From an uncultured Chloroflexia bacterium (GTDB taxonomy: Bacteria > Chloroflexota > Limnocylindria > QHBO01), in contig CAWGTN010000002.1 in assembly GCA_963825525.1 (NCBI GenBank), positions 128,001 through 192,000 on the forward strand: DNA of 64,000 nt, in the 5' to 3' direction. Position numbers and translations under genes: made by a program. Positions 51,243 to 61,601 of the stretch are shown here, piece by piece (positions within the stretch are counted from its first letter, which is position 1; each line of letters opens with the position of its first letter). The notes beneath the pieces were generated by a model, which made no database searches, was not told the origin of the DNA, and saw nothing but the letters and a program-made list of their open reading frames with translations.

Positions 51243-52108
51243 CGCAGCGTCAGCCGTCCCTCGCGGCGCGCGAGGGTCTCGAGATAGCCCAGGGCAAGTC
51301 GGGCAGCGACGAGGAAGACGACCCCCATCGCCGCCAGGATCGCCATCTCGGCACCGACCGGCAGGATCCCCTGCGCCGATCCCGGAAAGACGAGCTGGCG
51401 CATGGCGTCGAGCCCCACTCCCAGCGGCAGGGTCGCAAGCACGACGCCCGCGACCGCCGGCCCCAGGGCACGAAGCGGGAAGTTCACGCCGCCCAGCAGG
51501 TAGATCGGCTCCTGGAGGAGCTGGGCCAGGTGAAACGCCTCACGTCCCCAGAGCAGGAAGAGGCTGGCGAACAGCATCCCCATGCCGTAGAGCGGGATCA
51601 TGGTCAGGATGAACACGGCCACCAGGGCCACGGGATCGCGGACGTCGTACGCGACGCCGTAGAGCACCGTCCCGATGCCGATGACCGCCAGCGCGCGCGA
51701 GCTCGTCATCACGAGGCCGCCGATCGCCATGCCGGCCAGCACGCTCATGAGGTGCATCGGCGCGGTGAAGTAGAGCTCGAGGTTGCCCTGGTCCTTCTCC
51801 CAGTAGAACTGGGCGGCCATCATCCACACCACGTTGAGCCAGAACGCGGTCATCGCACCGCCGACGACGACGAAGCCGATGAACTCCTCCGGCGCATCCA
51901 GCGCGCGATAGACGAACACGAAGGCGCTCACCGCCAGGAACGGCAGCAGGATCTCGAAGAACAGCCAGGACGGCTCGCGGGTGAGGCCGATGACGCGCGG
52001 ATAGGCGCGGCCGACGATGGCGCGCAGGTTCATGGCGATGATGCGCCGGTTCGACCACTCGGCGGCCTCGCGTGGCCCGGTCGCCGGCGTCCCGCGGTAG
52101 ACGCTCAT
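51233..52108 (-). CDS. ABC-2 type transporter permease
   Basis: EKDQGNLE; GGVNFPL. Confidence 0.88.
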   Translation of the reverse strand: MSVYRGTPATGPREAAEWSNRRIIAMNLRAIVGRAYPRVIGLTREPSWLFFEILLPFLAVSAFVFVYRALDAPEEFIGFVVVGGAMTAFWLNVVWMMAAQFYWEKDQGNLELYFTAPMHLMSVLAGMAIGGLVMTSSRALAVIGIGTVLYGVAYDVRDPVALVAVFILTMIPLYGMGMLFASLFLLWGREAFHLAQLLQEPIYLLGGVNFPLRALGPAVAGVVLATLPLGVGLDAMRQLVFPGSAQGILPVGAEMAILAAMGVVFLVAARLALGYLETLARREGRLTLRWQ

Positions 52109-53126
52109 CCGGCCGGCTCCGCCGCGTCCTCGTCGCCGAAGCCCCGACCGACGAGCTCGACGAAGACATCCTCGAGGCTGGGCTCCGACTTCGCGAGGCC
52201 CACGAGGTGCGAGCCCCGCTCCGCGACGGCGGTGACGACGCTGGTCAGTGCCGAGTCGTCGGCCAGCGCCACCTTGATGGCCACTCGGTCGGAGCCGGCA
52301 CCGTCCGCACTCGGCTCATCCGCCGCCACGGCGGAGAGCACGCCCGGCAGGTCGCTGATGACGGCGATGCCGCCATTCGTCGGAAGCCGATCGAGCTCCA
52401 GGCGAAAGATCGACTCGGCCTGGACGCGCCGACGCAGCTCGGCGGGCGTGCCGAGCGCCAGGATCATGCCGCGATCCACGATGGCGATGCGATCGCACAG
52501 CTGCTCGGCCTCCACCATGTAGTGGGTGGTCAGGAGCAGGGTCCGTCCCGGAGCGGCCGCCTTCCATGCAGGGTGTGCTCGCGCAGGTCGCGCGCGGCGG
52601 CAACGTCGAGGCCGAGGGTCGGCTCGTCGAGGAACAGCACCCACGGGTCGTTGAGCAGCCCGCGCGCGAAGTTCAGCTTCTGGCGCTGGCCGGTCGACAG
52701 CGTGCGGACCTTCTGGTCGCGCTGCTCGGTGAGGCCGGTGATCTCGATGAGCTCATCGACCCGACGCCATCCCTCCCGGTTCGGGAGCCCGTAGAACTGG
52801 CTGAACATCCACAGCTGTTCGCGCAGCGTCAGCAGCCCGTAGCCGGACTGCTCGCCTCCGGCGACCATGTTGATCACGCGACGGATCTTTGCCGTCTCGT
52901 TGACGACGTCGAATCCGGCGATGCGGGCGGTTCCGCTCGTCGGCAGGAGCAGCGTCGTCAGGATCTTGATGAGGGTCGTCTTGCCCGCGCCGTTGGGTCC
53001 GAGGAGGCCGAAGTACTCGCCGGGTTCAACGGCGAGATCGACGCCGCCGAGCGCCGTGACCGGCTTCGGCTTGGCCTTGTAGACGCGGGTCACTCCCTGC
53101 GCGTGAATGGCGAGTTCGTCGGACAT
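52105..53126 (-). CDS. ABC exporter ATP-binding protein (frameshifted)
   Basis: GPNGAGKT, LSTGQRQ, LDEPT, TTHYM..AE.LCDR. Confidence 0.9.
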
Positions 53127-53215
53127 CGTGAGGCAGCACCGGATGAGCGGAGATGGCGGAACGGGAGGCGGATGGTAGCACTGCTAACCATCGCCGGTCG
53201 CGCGATCGGTCGCGG

Positions 53216-53470
53216 TCAGTACGCCCCGTTCTCGCCCTCGCACTCACCGGGGCCATGCTCACATGATGCGGACAGCAGCCCGGCGCCGCGGATGCCCAGG
53301 AGCGCCTCGCGAATCTCGCCCTCCGACGCCAGCGGCGAGACGGACGCGATGGCCTGGGCGACGCGATCCGACAGCGTCGCGGTCGTGGAGTCGGTCGCAC
53401 CGTAGGTGCGCCATTCGCCATCGTCCTCCCAGATGACGATGCCGTAGCCCTTGACCGCCACCGAGAACAT
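53216..53470 (-). CDS. Hypothetical small protein
   Basis: 84-aa ORF with AGGAG upstream. Confidence 0.45.
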   Translation of the reverse strand: MFSVAVKGYGIVIWEDDGEWRTYGATDSTTATLSDRVAQAIASVSPLASEGEIREALLGIRGAGLLSASCEHGPGECEGENGAY

Positions 53471-53693
53471 GAATGCGCGCTCCTGACGTGCTGCCGGATC
53501 GGCGGTCCCCGTGGCCCCCGGACGGCCGACCCGGCACTCCCCTCATTTCCCCCGTCGGCATCCCCCGTACCGATCTCCCAGTACCGTGCGCCTTCCCGGC
53601 GGCTTCGACAATCACGCTGGACCGCACAAGTCCGCCTGCAACCGCTCAATTTTCGCCGAAGGTCCCATGACCCGGCGGCGTGGGTGCGGAAAG

Positions 53694-53707
53694 CGAACAG
53701 GCGTTCT
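53694..53707. promoter_or_regulatory. LexA (SOS) box upstream of uvrA
   Basis: CGAAC-AGGC-GTTCT matches the Gram-positive/Chloroflexi GAAC-N4-GTTC box; -10-like TACGAT follows. Confidence 0.75.
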
Positions 53708-53740
53708 CATCGGCGCATTTCCTGCTACGATGCGGATGGA

Positions 53741-56688
53741 ATGCCCTCCGACAAGATCGTGGTTCGCGGCGCACGCGAGCACAACCTCAAGAACGTCGAC
53801 GTGGAGATGCCCCGCGATCGGCTGATCGTGGTCACCGGGCTGCTCGGGCTCCGGGAAGTCGAGCCTCGCCTTCGACACGATCTACGCCGAGGGACAGCGG
53901 CGCTACGTCGAGTCCCTGAGCGCATACGCGCGGCAGTTCCTGGGACAGATGGAGAAGCCCGACGTCGACCAGATCGACGGGCTCTCGCCCGGCCATCTCG
54001 ATCGACCAGAAGGGCTCGTCGCGCAACCCACGTTCGACGGTCGGCACCGTCACCGAGATCTACGACTACCTGCGACTGCTGTTCGCTCGCATCGGCCGCA
54101 TGCATTGCCCGATCTGCGGCCGGGAGATCGAGCGTCAGACCGTGGAGCAGATGGTCGACCAGGTCTACGGCCTGCCCGAAGGCACGCGCGTGATGCTCAT
54201 GGCGCCGCTGGTCCGGGACCGCAAGGGCGAACACGAGAAGCTGCTCGCCGGCGCCAAGCAGGCCGGGTTCGTCCGCGTGCGGGTGGACGGCGAGCTGCGC
54301 GACCTCGACGAGGAGATCAAGCTCGACAAGAAGTACAAGCACTCGATCGAGGTCGTGGTCGACCGGCTGGTCGTCCAGCACGCCGCCGATGACGGCACAA
54401 CTCGGCCCGACGCCAGCCGCATGGCCGACTCGATCGAGACCGCCCTGCGCCTGTCGGAGGGACTGCTGCTCCTCAACCTGCCCGATGCTCCGGCGCGGGA
54501 GGCCGATCGGCTCTTCAGCGAGAAGTACGCCTGTCCGGAGCACGGCGGCTCGTTCGAGGAGCCGGCGCCCCGCAACTTCAGCTTCAACTCGCCGCACGGA
54601 GCTTGTCCGGACTGCACCGGGCTGGGATCGCGGCTCGAGATCGATCCGGACCTCGTGCTGCCGAACGACGAGCTCTCGATCGACGAGGGTGCCGTCCTCC
54701 CGTGGCGGCGCATGGCGGCGACCGAGAGCTGGTTCAGCAAGATTCTCGATGCCGTGGCGGAGCACTACCACTTCCGGACCGATGTGCCGGTGCGTGACCT
54801 GTCGGACGAGGCGCGCCGCATCGTCCTCCACGGCAATCGCGGGGAGCGCGTCGACGTCCGCTACCGGGCACGCAACGGCAACACCCATACGTTCAAGACG
54901 ACGTTCGAGGGGATCATCCCGAACCTGACGCGCCGGCATCGAGAGACCGGGTCGGACGCGATGCGAGCCGACTTCGAGCGCTACATGACGAACAAGCCGT
55001 GCCCGACCTGCAACGGGATGCGGCTCAAGCCCGAGTCGCTGAGCGTCACGATCGCCGGCAAGAACGTGATCGAGACCACGCGCCGCTCGGTGACGGATGC
55101 GCTGGCCTGGTACGACACCCTCTCCGAGCGCCTGAACGAGCGCGAGAACCAGATTGCGCGTCAGGTTCTCAAGGAGATCCGGGCGCGACTCGGATTCCTC
55201 ATCGACGTCGGGCTCGACTACCTGACCCTGGACCGAGCGTCGGGAACGCTGAGCGGTGGAGAGGCGCAGCGGATCCGCCTGGCGACCCAGATCGGCTCGA
55301 GCCTGATGGGCGTGCTCTACATCCTGGACGAGCCATCGATCGGCCTCCACCAGCGGGACAACGATCGCCTCATCGCGACCCTCGTGCGGCTGCGGGATCT
55401 CGGCAACACGCTGCTCGTGGTCGAACACGACGAGGACACGATTCGCTCGGCCGACTGGGTCGTCGACATCGGCCCGGCCGCGGGCGAGCACGGCGGTCGG
55501 CTGATCCACTCCGGGCCCCTCGCCGGCCTGCTCGAGAACCGGCGGTCGATCACCGGCGCATATCTGCGGGGCGAGAAGTCGGTGCCGGTTCCGGACCGGC
55601 GGCGCAACGGAAAGGGCGCGGCGCTGGTCGTGCGCGGCGCCAGCGAGAACAACCTCAAGGGGATCGATGTCGCATTCCCGCTCGGCAGGTTCGTGGCGGT
55701 CACCGGCGTCAGCGGGTCCGGCAAGTCGAGCCTGGTGACCCAGATCCTGCATCCGGCGCTGGCTCAGCGAATCTGGGGATCTCGAGAGCCGGCTGGGAAG
55801 CACGACCGGCTCGAGGGGGTCGAGCTGATCGACAAGGTGATCCAGATCGACCAGTCGCCGATCGGCCGCACGCCTCGATCGAACCCGGCCACCTACACCG
55901 GCCTGTGGGCCCCGCTGCGCGAGCTCCTGGCGGCGGTGCCCGAGAGCCGGCTGCGTGGATACAAGCCCGGGCGTTTCAGCTTCAACGTCAAGGGCGGCCG
56001 GTGCGAGGCGTGCCAGGGCGCCGGCATCGTCCAGATCGAGATGCACTTCCTGCCCGACGTCTACGTTCCGTGCGAGGTGTGCAAGGGGAAGCGATACAAC
56101 CGCGAGACCCTCGAGATCCACTACAAGGGCAAGAACGTGGCGGAGATCCTCGAGATGACGGTCGAGGAGTCCCTGCGATTCTTCGAGGCCGTGCCCAGCA
56201 TCCGCAACAAGCTCCAGACGCTCAACGACGTCGGCATGGGCTACGTCCACCTGGGGCAGCCGGCCACCACGCTGTCGGGCGGCGAGGCGCAGCGCGTGAA
56301 GCTGGCCACGGAGCTCTCGAAGCGGGCGACCGGCAAGACGTTCTACATCCTCGACGAACCGACGACCGGCCTCCACTTCGACGACGTCGCGCGGCTGCTC
56401 CAGGTGCTTTCGCGCCTCGTCGAGAGCGGGAACACCGTCGTCGTCATCGAGCACAACCTCGACGTGATCAAGACCGCCGACTGGGTGATCGACCTCGGTC
56501 CGGAGGGTGGCGACCGCGGCGGCGAGCTCGTGGCCGCCGGGACGCCGGAACAGATCGCACGCGTGGCTGCGTCGCACACCGGGCGCTACCTCCGATCGGC
56601 GCTCGGCATCGAGCCGGACGTCGCCGATGCCCCAGCCGACAGTCCACGCCGCCCGCGTCGCCGATCCGCAACCGCCGTCGGCTCGTAG
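53741..56688 (+). CDS. uvrA: Excinuclease ABC subunit A (5' frameshifts)
   Basis: GAREHNLKN, two LSGGEAQR signatures, GVSGSGKS, zinc fingers. Confidence 0.97.
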
Positions 56689-58331
56689 GGTCGCCCGGCC
56701 TCCAGCCCCATCTCGGCGAGGAACGGAGATGGAAGGCGGGGATCGAACGCCAGGATGAGCCGCCGGGTCGCGCGCGTCAGGGCCACGTAGGCTAATCGGC
56801 GCTCCTCCTCGAGCGCTCGATCGGGGTCGGCCGCATCGAGAAGCGATCGACGGTTCGGGATCCGATCGGCCTCGAAGCCGACGAGCACCACCGTCTGCCA
56901 CTCCCGTCCCTTGGAGCCGTGGACGGTGGCGAGCTCGACGGGCGCCGCCGGGTCGCGCAGCGCCGTGATTCGTGCCCGGGCGCCATCGAAGGCGCCGATG
57001 AAGGACGGCACCGAGCCGAAGGCGACGGACCATCCCATGAGGGCATCCAGCGCGGCGTGGTCGCCATCGGCCAGCATGTCGCCGGTGAGCGTTCCGCGTG
57101 CCCATCCGTGGCCCGCTCGGAGCGTGCGGAGGACGCGAAACGGATGCTCGGCAGCATCGATGTGTCGTGCGGCATCGATGAGCGTGCGGACACTGGCCGA
57201 GTCCACGATCGGCTCGATGGCCGATGCGTGCCGCACGCCCTCGCGCACGAGCGCCAGCAGAATCGGCGTCAACTCGCTCCGTGTTCGCGAGAGGAAGCAG
57301 AGGCTCGAGCCATCGGCGTCGTGCGCAGCGGCCATCCGGGCCATCTCGTCCGCCCATCCCGCCCGTGAGGCGTCGGAGGCCACGATCGAACCGGGAGTGG
57401 CGTCCTGTGTCGACGGGCCGTGGATCGGCTTGACGAACCGCTCGCGGTTGACGGCCACCATGCGCGCCGATGCCTCGATCACCTCGCGCGGGCAGCGGTA
57501 GTTGGTTGCCAGCATCACGCGGCGGGCTGCTGGGTAGTCATGGGAGAAGCGCAGAATTCTCCGCACGTCGGCCAGGCGCCAGGCGTAGATGGTCTGGTCG
57601 TCGTCACCGACCACGAACAGGTTGTCCTCCGGCGCCGCCAGCAACCGCACCAGGCGCAGCTGGGCGGCATCCACATCCTGGAACTCGTCGACGCAAACGT
57701 GGCTGAAGCGTGCCTGCCAGCGCAGGCGGAGCCGGGCATCGGAGCCCAGGAGATCGGCCGCGCGCACCACGAGGTCGTCGAAATCGATGGCGCCTCGGGC
57801 ACGCAGCAGATCGGCATAGGCGTCAAGGGTCGGCCGATCGGCGTCCGGCGGCACGAGGCCCTCGATCTTCCACCGCGACAGCCAGGTATCGAGCTCGGCT
57901 GGCTCGGAGATGGCGACGTTCGGGGCGTCAGCCTGGGCGCGGCGGCGCGCTGCACGGATGAGGGGGAGGCGATCCGCGACGATGCGCGTGCTCTCGCCTG
58001 CGTCGCGAAGGATGAGTCCCGCCAGGGCATGGAGGGTCCGAACCTCCACCGCCGTGGCCGTCGGCATGTGGCTGCCCAGGCGCCGGGCGACGCGGCCGGC
58101 GAGGTCATGGGCGGCGTCGCGATTGAACGTCACCACGCAGATACGGTCGGCGGGCACGCCCCGGGCGAGCAGGACGGCGATCCTGGCGACCATGGTGGTG
58201 GTCTTGCCACTCCCCGCGGGCGCGATGATCTGGGCCGGACCGTCCGGCAGCGTCGCGGCCTGGCGTTGCTCATCGTCGAGCGCGCCGAGGATGGTGTCGA
58301 GCGCGGGCGCCGTGGCCGCCGCAGTTTCCAT
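56586..58331 (-). CDS. UvrD/PcrA-like SF1 helicase
   Basis: APAGSGKT, VDEFQD, VGDDDQTIY, NYRC, TVHGSKGREW, EERRLAYVALTRA. Confidence 0.92.
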   Translation of the reverse strand: METAAATAPALDTILGALDDEQRQAATLPDGPAQIIAPAGSGKTTTMVARIAVLLARGVPADRICVVTFNRDAAHDLAGRVARRLGSHMPTATAVEVRTLHALAGLILRDAGESTRIVADRLPLIRAARRRAQADAPNVAISEPAELDTWLSRWKIEGLVPPDADRPTLDAYADLLRARGAIDFDDLVVRAADLLGSDARLRLRWQARFSHVCVDEFQDVDAAQLRLVRLLAAPEDNLFVVGDDDQTIYAWRLADVRRILRFSHDYPAARRVMLATNYRCPREVIEASARMVAVNRERFVKPIHGPSTQDATPGSIVASDASRAGWADEMARMAAAHDADGSSLCFLSRTRSELTPILLALVREGVRHASAIEPIVDSASVRTLIDAARHIDAAEHPFRVLRTLRAGHGWARGTLTGDMLADGDHAALDALMGWSVAFGSVPSFIGAFDGARARITALRDPAAPVELATVHGSKGREWQTVVLVGFEADRIPNRRSLLDAADPDRALEEERRLAYVALTRATRRLILAFDPRLPSPFLAEMGLEAGRPYEPTAVADRRRGRRGLSAGASATSGSMPSADRR

Positions 58332-58535
58332 CCGACGGATTGTTCGGGGATCGGCTTACCGTGGGCTCATCGCCCGCTTACCGAGGTCAGTGAGCCACCC
58401 CACCGGCACCGATGCGGGCGAGGCCGTATCCTTTCGGCTTGCCAACGAGGACCGAGCACGCGCGGCGAGCTGATCGGCGCCAGGCATCACGGCCGGAGCC
58501 GCCCCGTAGGCGCGTGCAACGACGCCGGCGTCGTC
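58106..58535. repeat. Left copy of a long direct repeat (helicase 5' end, intergenic region, deleted LCP 5' end)
   Basis: Near-identical to 63024-63564 but with two internal deletions. Confidence 0.9.
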
Positions 58536-58568
58536 GCGAGCAGCGCCAAATCGACAAATTTCCTGTGC

Positions 58569-58967
58569 CTAGTCCTCGCATTCAGGTTGCTGCGTGGATG
58601 CGTAGGCGCACAGCTCTGGCACCTGGTTGAATAGGTTGCCAGGCCCGAGTGCTTCGGAGAAGAAGACGAAGTAGTCGGGCTCCTCGGAGGAGCGCCCGGG
58701 CATCATCAGCACTCTTCGTGGGTCGACCCCCCGCAACGCCAGAACCTGTCCATTCGCGAATATCGGGTCGTTGCTGTCTTCGACGTCGCCCGCGATGGTG
58801 AGGTCATCGGGCTCAACGTCCAGCGGGATGATGGCGCCGCCATATCGCTGGCCGCCGAAGGACACCCAGGTGACTGAATCGACCTCACAGGCGACCGCCG
58901 ACACCGTGAACGCGATGGCGACGAACCACTGAACCCAGTGCCTCAACGCGCTAGGGCTGCTGCGCAA
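58569..58967 (-). CDS. Hypothetical lipoprotein
   Basis: AVAC lipobox-like signal. Confidence 0.55.
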   Translation of the reverse strand: MRSSPSALRHWVQWFVAIAFTVSAVACEVDSVTWVSFGGQRYGGAIIPLDVEPDDLTIAGDVEDSNDPIFANGQVLALRGVDPRRVLMMPGRSSEEPDYFVFFSEALGPGNLFNQVPELCAYASTQQPECED

Positions 58968-59559
58968 GTTGGTCGGTCAGGGTATTCATCCTGAGGCTCA
59001 CCGTACGCTCGAAGTTGGTCCAACCGGTGTCCGTCGAGATGAAGCTGCCATGGCCCTGCCACAGCACTGTCCACGCCCGCTCGCTCCCGTCCTCGAACGG
59101 AGTGTCCTCCAGACGGAGGAACAGAAGGTAATCGGTTCCCTCTCGCCAGTCGACTTGGCTGTCGTGGACCATGGTCATGTTGCCAACAGTTCCACCGATC
59201 CCTCTCACGATGATACGGCCCGCCGGTAGGGATCCATGCAGAACATTCTGCACGGTGAATAGGTCGTCTCGATAGATCCAGGCTCGCCTGCCGTCGGCTG
59301 TCGCGGGCTCCCAGGGCGCATTGTCAGTGCTGTTCCAGAAGCTGTCCGACACGCCCGTGAACCTCAGTACGGCGACTGCATCGGCGCTGTTCACCAACGT
59401 CGTGAGCCGGACGTCCGGATAGATTGCGGCCACACTGATGGTTTCGTCTGGTTGAGAGGTCAGCGCAACACCGGCGGCGACGACAAGGCCTAACCCAACG
59501 ACTGCCGCAGCGCCATGGCGATATGCGCGAATGATGACTCCGTTGACCACGGTCAGCAC
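58951..59559 (-). CDS. Hypothetical secreted/membrane-anchored protein
   Basis: N-terminal TM; GGTVG...YLLFL pattern. Confidence 0.6.
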   Translation of the reverse strand: MLTVVNGVIIRAYRHGAAAVVGLGLVVAAGVALTSQPDETISVAAIYPDVRLTTLVNSADAVAVLRFTGVSDSFWNSTDNAPWEPATADGRRAWIYRDDLFTVQNVLHGSLPAGRIIVRGIGGTVGNMTMVHDSQVDWREGTDYLLFLRLEDTPFEDGSERAWTVLWQGHGSFISTDTGWTNFERTVSLRMNTLTDQLAQQP

Positions 59560-59560
59560 C

Positions 59561-60190
59561 TCACTTGGGTGGATACAGCTTCTCGATACCCGCGCGATCG
59601 TGTGTGGTGATCGACCGCTGCTTGGTGTCGGCGATCGTCGTGCTCGGCCACATTGTGTCGTCGACGTATGTGCTCCCGCTCACATGAGTGAGGGAAACCT
59701 GATGACCGAACTCGTGGGCCGCCACGCTCCAGAGGTCGACCTCTTTGTTACTGCCGTTCGGCGTTCCGGTGCCTGTGTACCAGTGATAGATGCTGGGGGT
59801 TGTATTGAAGGCAATGGCACCTGTGCAGATCGTGACTGCGCAAGACCCCGCAAACGTCATGGACATGGCCATCGAGTCACCATTGGGCCAAGCCAGGTCT
59901 TCGTAGGTGATTTTGATTAGCCCGTTAGAGCTCGTGCCGGCGGCAAAGTAGAGCTCTCGTCCGGCCGAATTCCAGCTGCCTGCGCCGTCGACGATCCTTG
60001 GCTTGAAATTGGCCGGCACGCTTGAGTGGTACCAGTATCGGATGTAGTTTTGGTACGGAGCGACCACAACATCCTTCCACTTGGCGTTGATGTTGTGGGC
60101 CGCGATTGCGGTGCCGGCCAAGCCGGATAGCAGGAGCGCAAGCGCAAATATCGCGGTGAGTGATCGGCGCGCTATGCCACGGCTTCGCAT
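59561..60190 (-). CDS. Secreted matrixin (M10-like) zinc metalloprotease
   Basis: Signal peptide; DLWSVAAHEFGHQVSLTH; Met-turn DTMWP. Confidence 0.85.
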   Translation of the reverse strand: MRSRGIARRSLTAIFALALLLSGLAGTAIAAHNINAKWKDVVVAPYQNYIRYWYHSSVPANFKPRIVDGAGSWNSAGRELYFAAGTSSNGLIKITYEDLAWPNGDSMAMSMTFAGSCAVTICTGAIAFNTTPSIYHWYTGTGTPNGSNKEVDLWSVAAHEFGHQVSLTHVSGSTYVDDTMWPSTTIADTKQRSITTHDRAGIEKLYPPK

Positions 60191-60219
60191 TCTTATTGAC
60201 CCCTCTCGGAAGCTACGCG

Positions 60220-60603
60220 CTACTCGTTGGCCCACTGGCTGCCAGCCCTCGACACGTCGGAGTACAGATTCACGGTGCCGTCCGCTTGGATTACGCAGAC
60301 CACTGCATTCAAGAGCGGCGGCTTCTCAATAGTCGGTGCCATCGCCACTAAGTCCGTGCGGAACTCCCCGGAGAACAGGATCACATGGGCCGGTCTTCGA
60401 TCTTGTTCGAGTTCAGGGGTCCGAAGCATGTTGGGCAGGTGGTTCGGTAGATCCGCAGCGTGATCGAGGGCAAACTCAGCCGCAATGCGGTTGTCTCCGG
60501 CCCCACATTTCTGCCGCTCTACCGGGTCCCTCGGTGCGGCAACTGCTAGCGCAACTGCGGTGACAAGCGAGGCGCAAATGGCCAAGACCATCGCGGGACC
60601 CAT
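60220..60603 (-). CDS. Hypothetical secreted protein
   Basis: Signal-peptide-like N-terminus; start uncertain. Confidence 0.55.
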   Translation of the reverse strand: MGPAMVLAICASLVTAVALAVAAPRDPVERQKCGAGDNRIAAEFALDHAADLPNHLPNMLRTPELEQDRRPAHVILFSGEFRTDLVAMAPTIEKPPLLNAVVCVIQADGTVNLYSDVSRAGSQWANE

Positions 60604-60647
60604 GGTCCTTCCCAGCTTCAGACGGTGCCTTGTCACAATTTGAGCCC

Positions 60648-61406
60648 TCACCTGGATGTCCAAATGTCGATGCTCCGCGTGCCCGTCACATCACACAAGA
60701 ACGGCGCTCCACCGTTGTTGAAGTTGCACGAGTCGGCTGCGTTGAAGGACGTCCAGAAGAAGCCGCCGCCCTCGACATTCGCGTAGTTGAGCGATGTGAT
60801 GCTCAGCTTGTTTCCAGGGTCACCGCCCAGCTGGTCGCCCAAGTCCATGGTCTGTCCGAACCACTGTGCTCGGCGCCCGGTCCAACAGATGTTGCTCTCG
60901 GCGATGGAGTGGACGAGAGTCGCATCTACGTAGAATCTCCACTCGTTCGAGGTGTGATGCACCTTGAAGTCGTGCGGCGCGCTGACGTACGCACCTTCGT
61001 TCTGTATGACCGGAGAGCGGTTTGAGTATCCGGCACAGCCTGCCACCGATGATGATCGACCCCACGCGCTGTAGTAGCGCTGGCCGCCGACGCACGCGCT
61101 CCCTCGGCAGTTCCCCATTCCGACGGTGACGACACTCAGGCCCGCAGAATTGTCCGGAGCGACGGCGCTCCAAACCATGCTCCCGCTGATCTCGACCAGC
61201 CCAGGCGTGCCACACTGGACGAGCGCATGCGCCTCGGCAGTTGCTGACGCTCCGTGCTTCTGGTTCGCCGTGTCTGTGGTGCTATGGCCACGCCAGCGAT
61301 TCGTCTGAGATCCCTCGCTGCAAGATGCATGTTGCGCTGAAGCGGCCGGCGGCATCACCATCGATATGACCATGACAGCCGCGGCAGCAGTCGCTGCGAC
61401 GCGCAT
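60648..61406 (-). CDS. Secreted cysteine-containing beta-rich protein
   Basis: Signal peptide ending ASA; eight cysteines; WRFYVD. Confidence 0.65.
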   Translation of the reverse strand: MRVAATAAAAVMVISMVMPPAASAQHASCSEGSQTNRWRGHSTTDTANQKHGASATAEAHALVQCGTPGLVEISGSMVWSAVAPDNSAGLSVVTVGMGNCRGSACVGGQRYYSAWGRSSSVAGCAGYSNRSPVIQNEGAYVSAPHDFKVHHTSNEWRFYVDATLVHSIAESNICWTGRRAQWFGQTMDLGDQLGGDPGNKLSITSLNYANVEGGGFFWTSFNAADSCNFNNGGAPFLCDVTGTRSIDIWTSR

Positions 61407-61515
61407 GTGGTTTCGACTCCTATGCTCCGTCGATCTCGGCGGGCGGAAACGCGTTCGGCGTGCCCGTGCCGTCGGGTGGTTTGAGGAGACGGTGCCTGCA
61501 TCCATCTCCCTCGTC

Positions 61516-61553
61516 TGTCATACAAGTCACGGAGTTCTGTGCGTGTAGTCACA
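61516..61553. promoter_or_regulatory. Two tandem CRP-type boxes
   Basis: TGTCA-N6-TCACG (61516-61531) and TGTGC-N6-TCACA (61538-61553). Confidence 0.65.
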
Positions 61554-61601
61554 CAATGTTCCGAAGCCTGTGGAATAGACTGGGCCGGGAGGGAGCATCA
61601 A

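Noticed and set aside
9004-56688. Frameshifts in dnaE, polA, mutM, uvrB, uvrA and others as pseudogenisation or programmed frameshifting
   Set aside because: They are scattered through essential and ordinary genes alike with otherwise intact motifs, which is typical of long-read indel errors.
53725-57357. Very long antisense ORFs (1210 aa here; 989 aa at 9954-12923)
   Set aside because: These are shadow ORFs opposite uvrA and dnaE caused by high-GC codon bias, with no recognisable motifs.
58333-58346. LexA box upstream of the helicase (CGAAC-AATC-CGTCG on the minus strand)
   Set aside because: One half-site has two mismatches, too weak to call.
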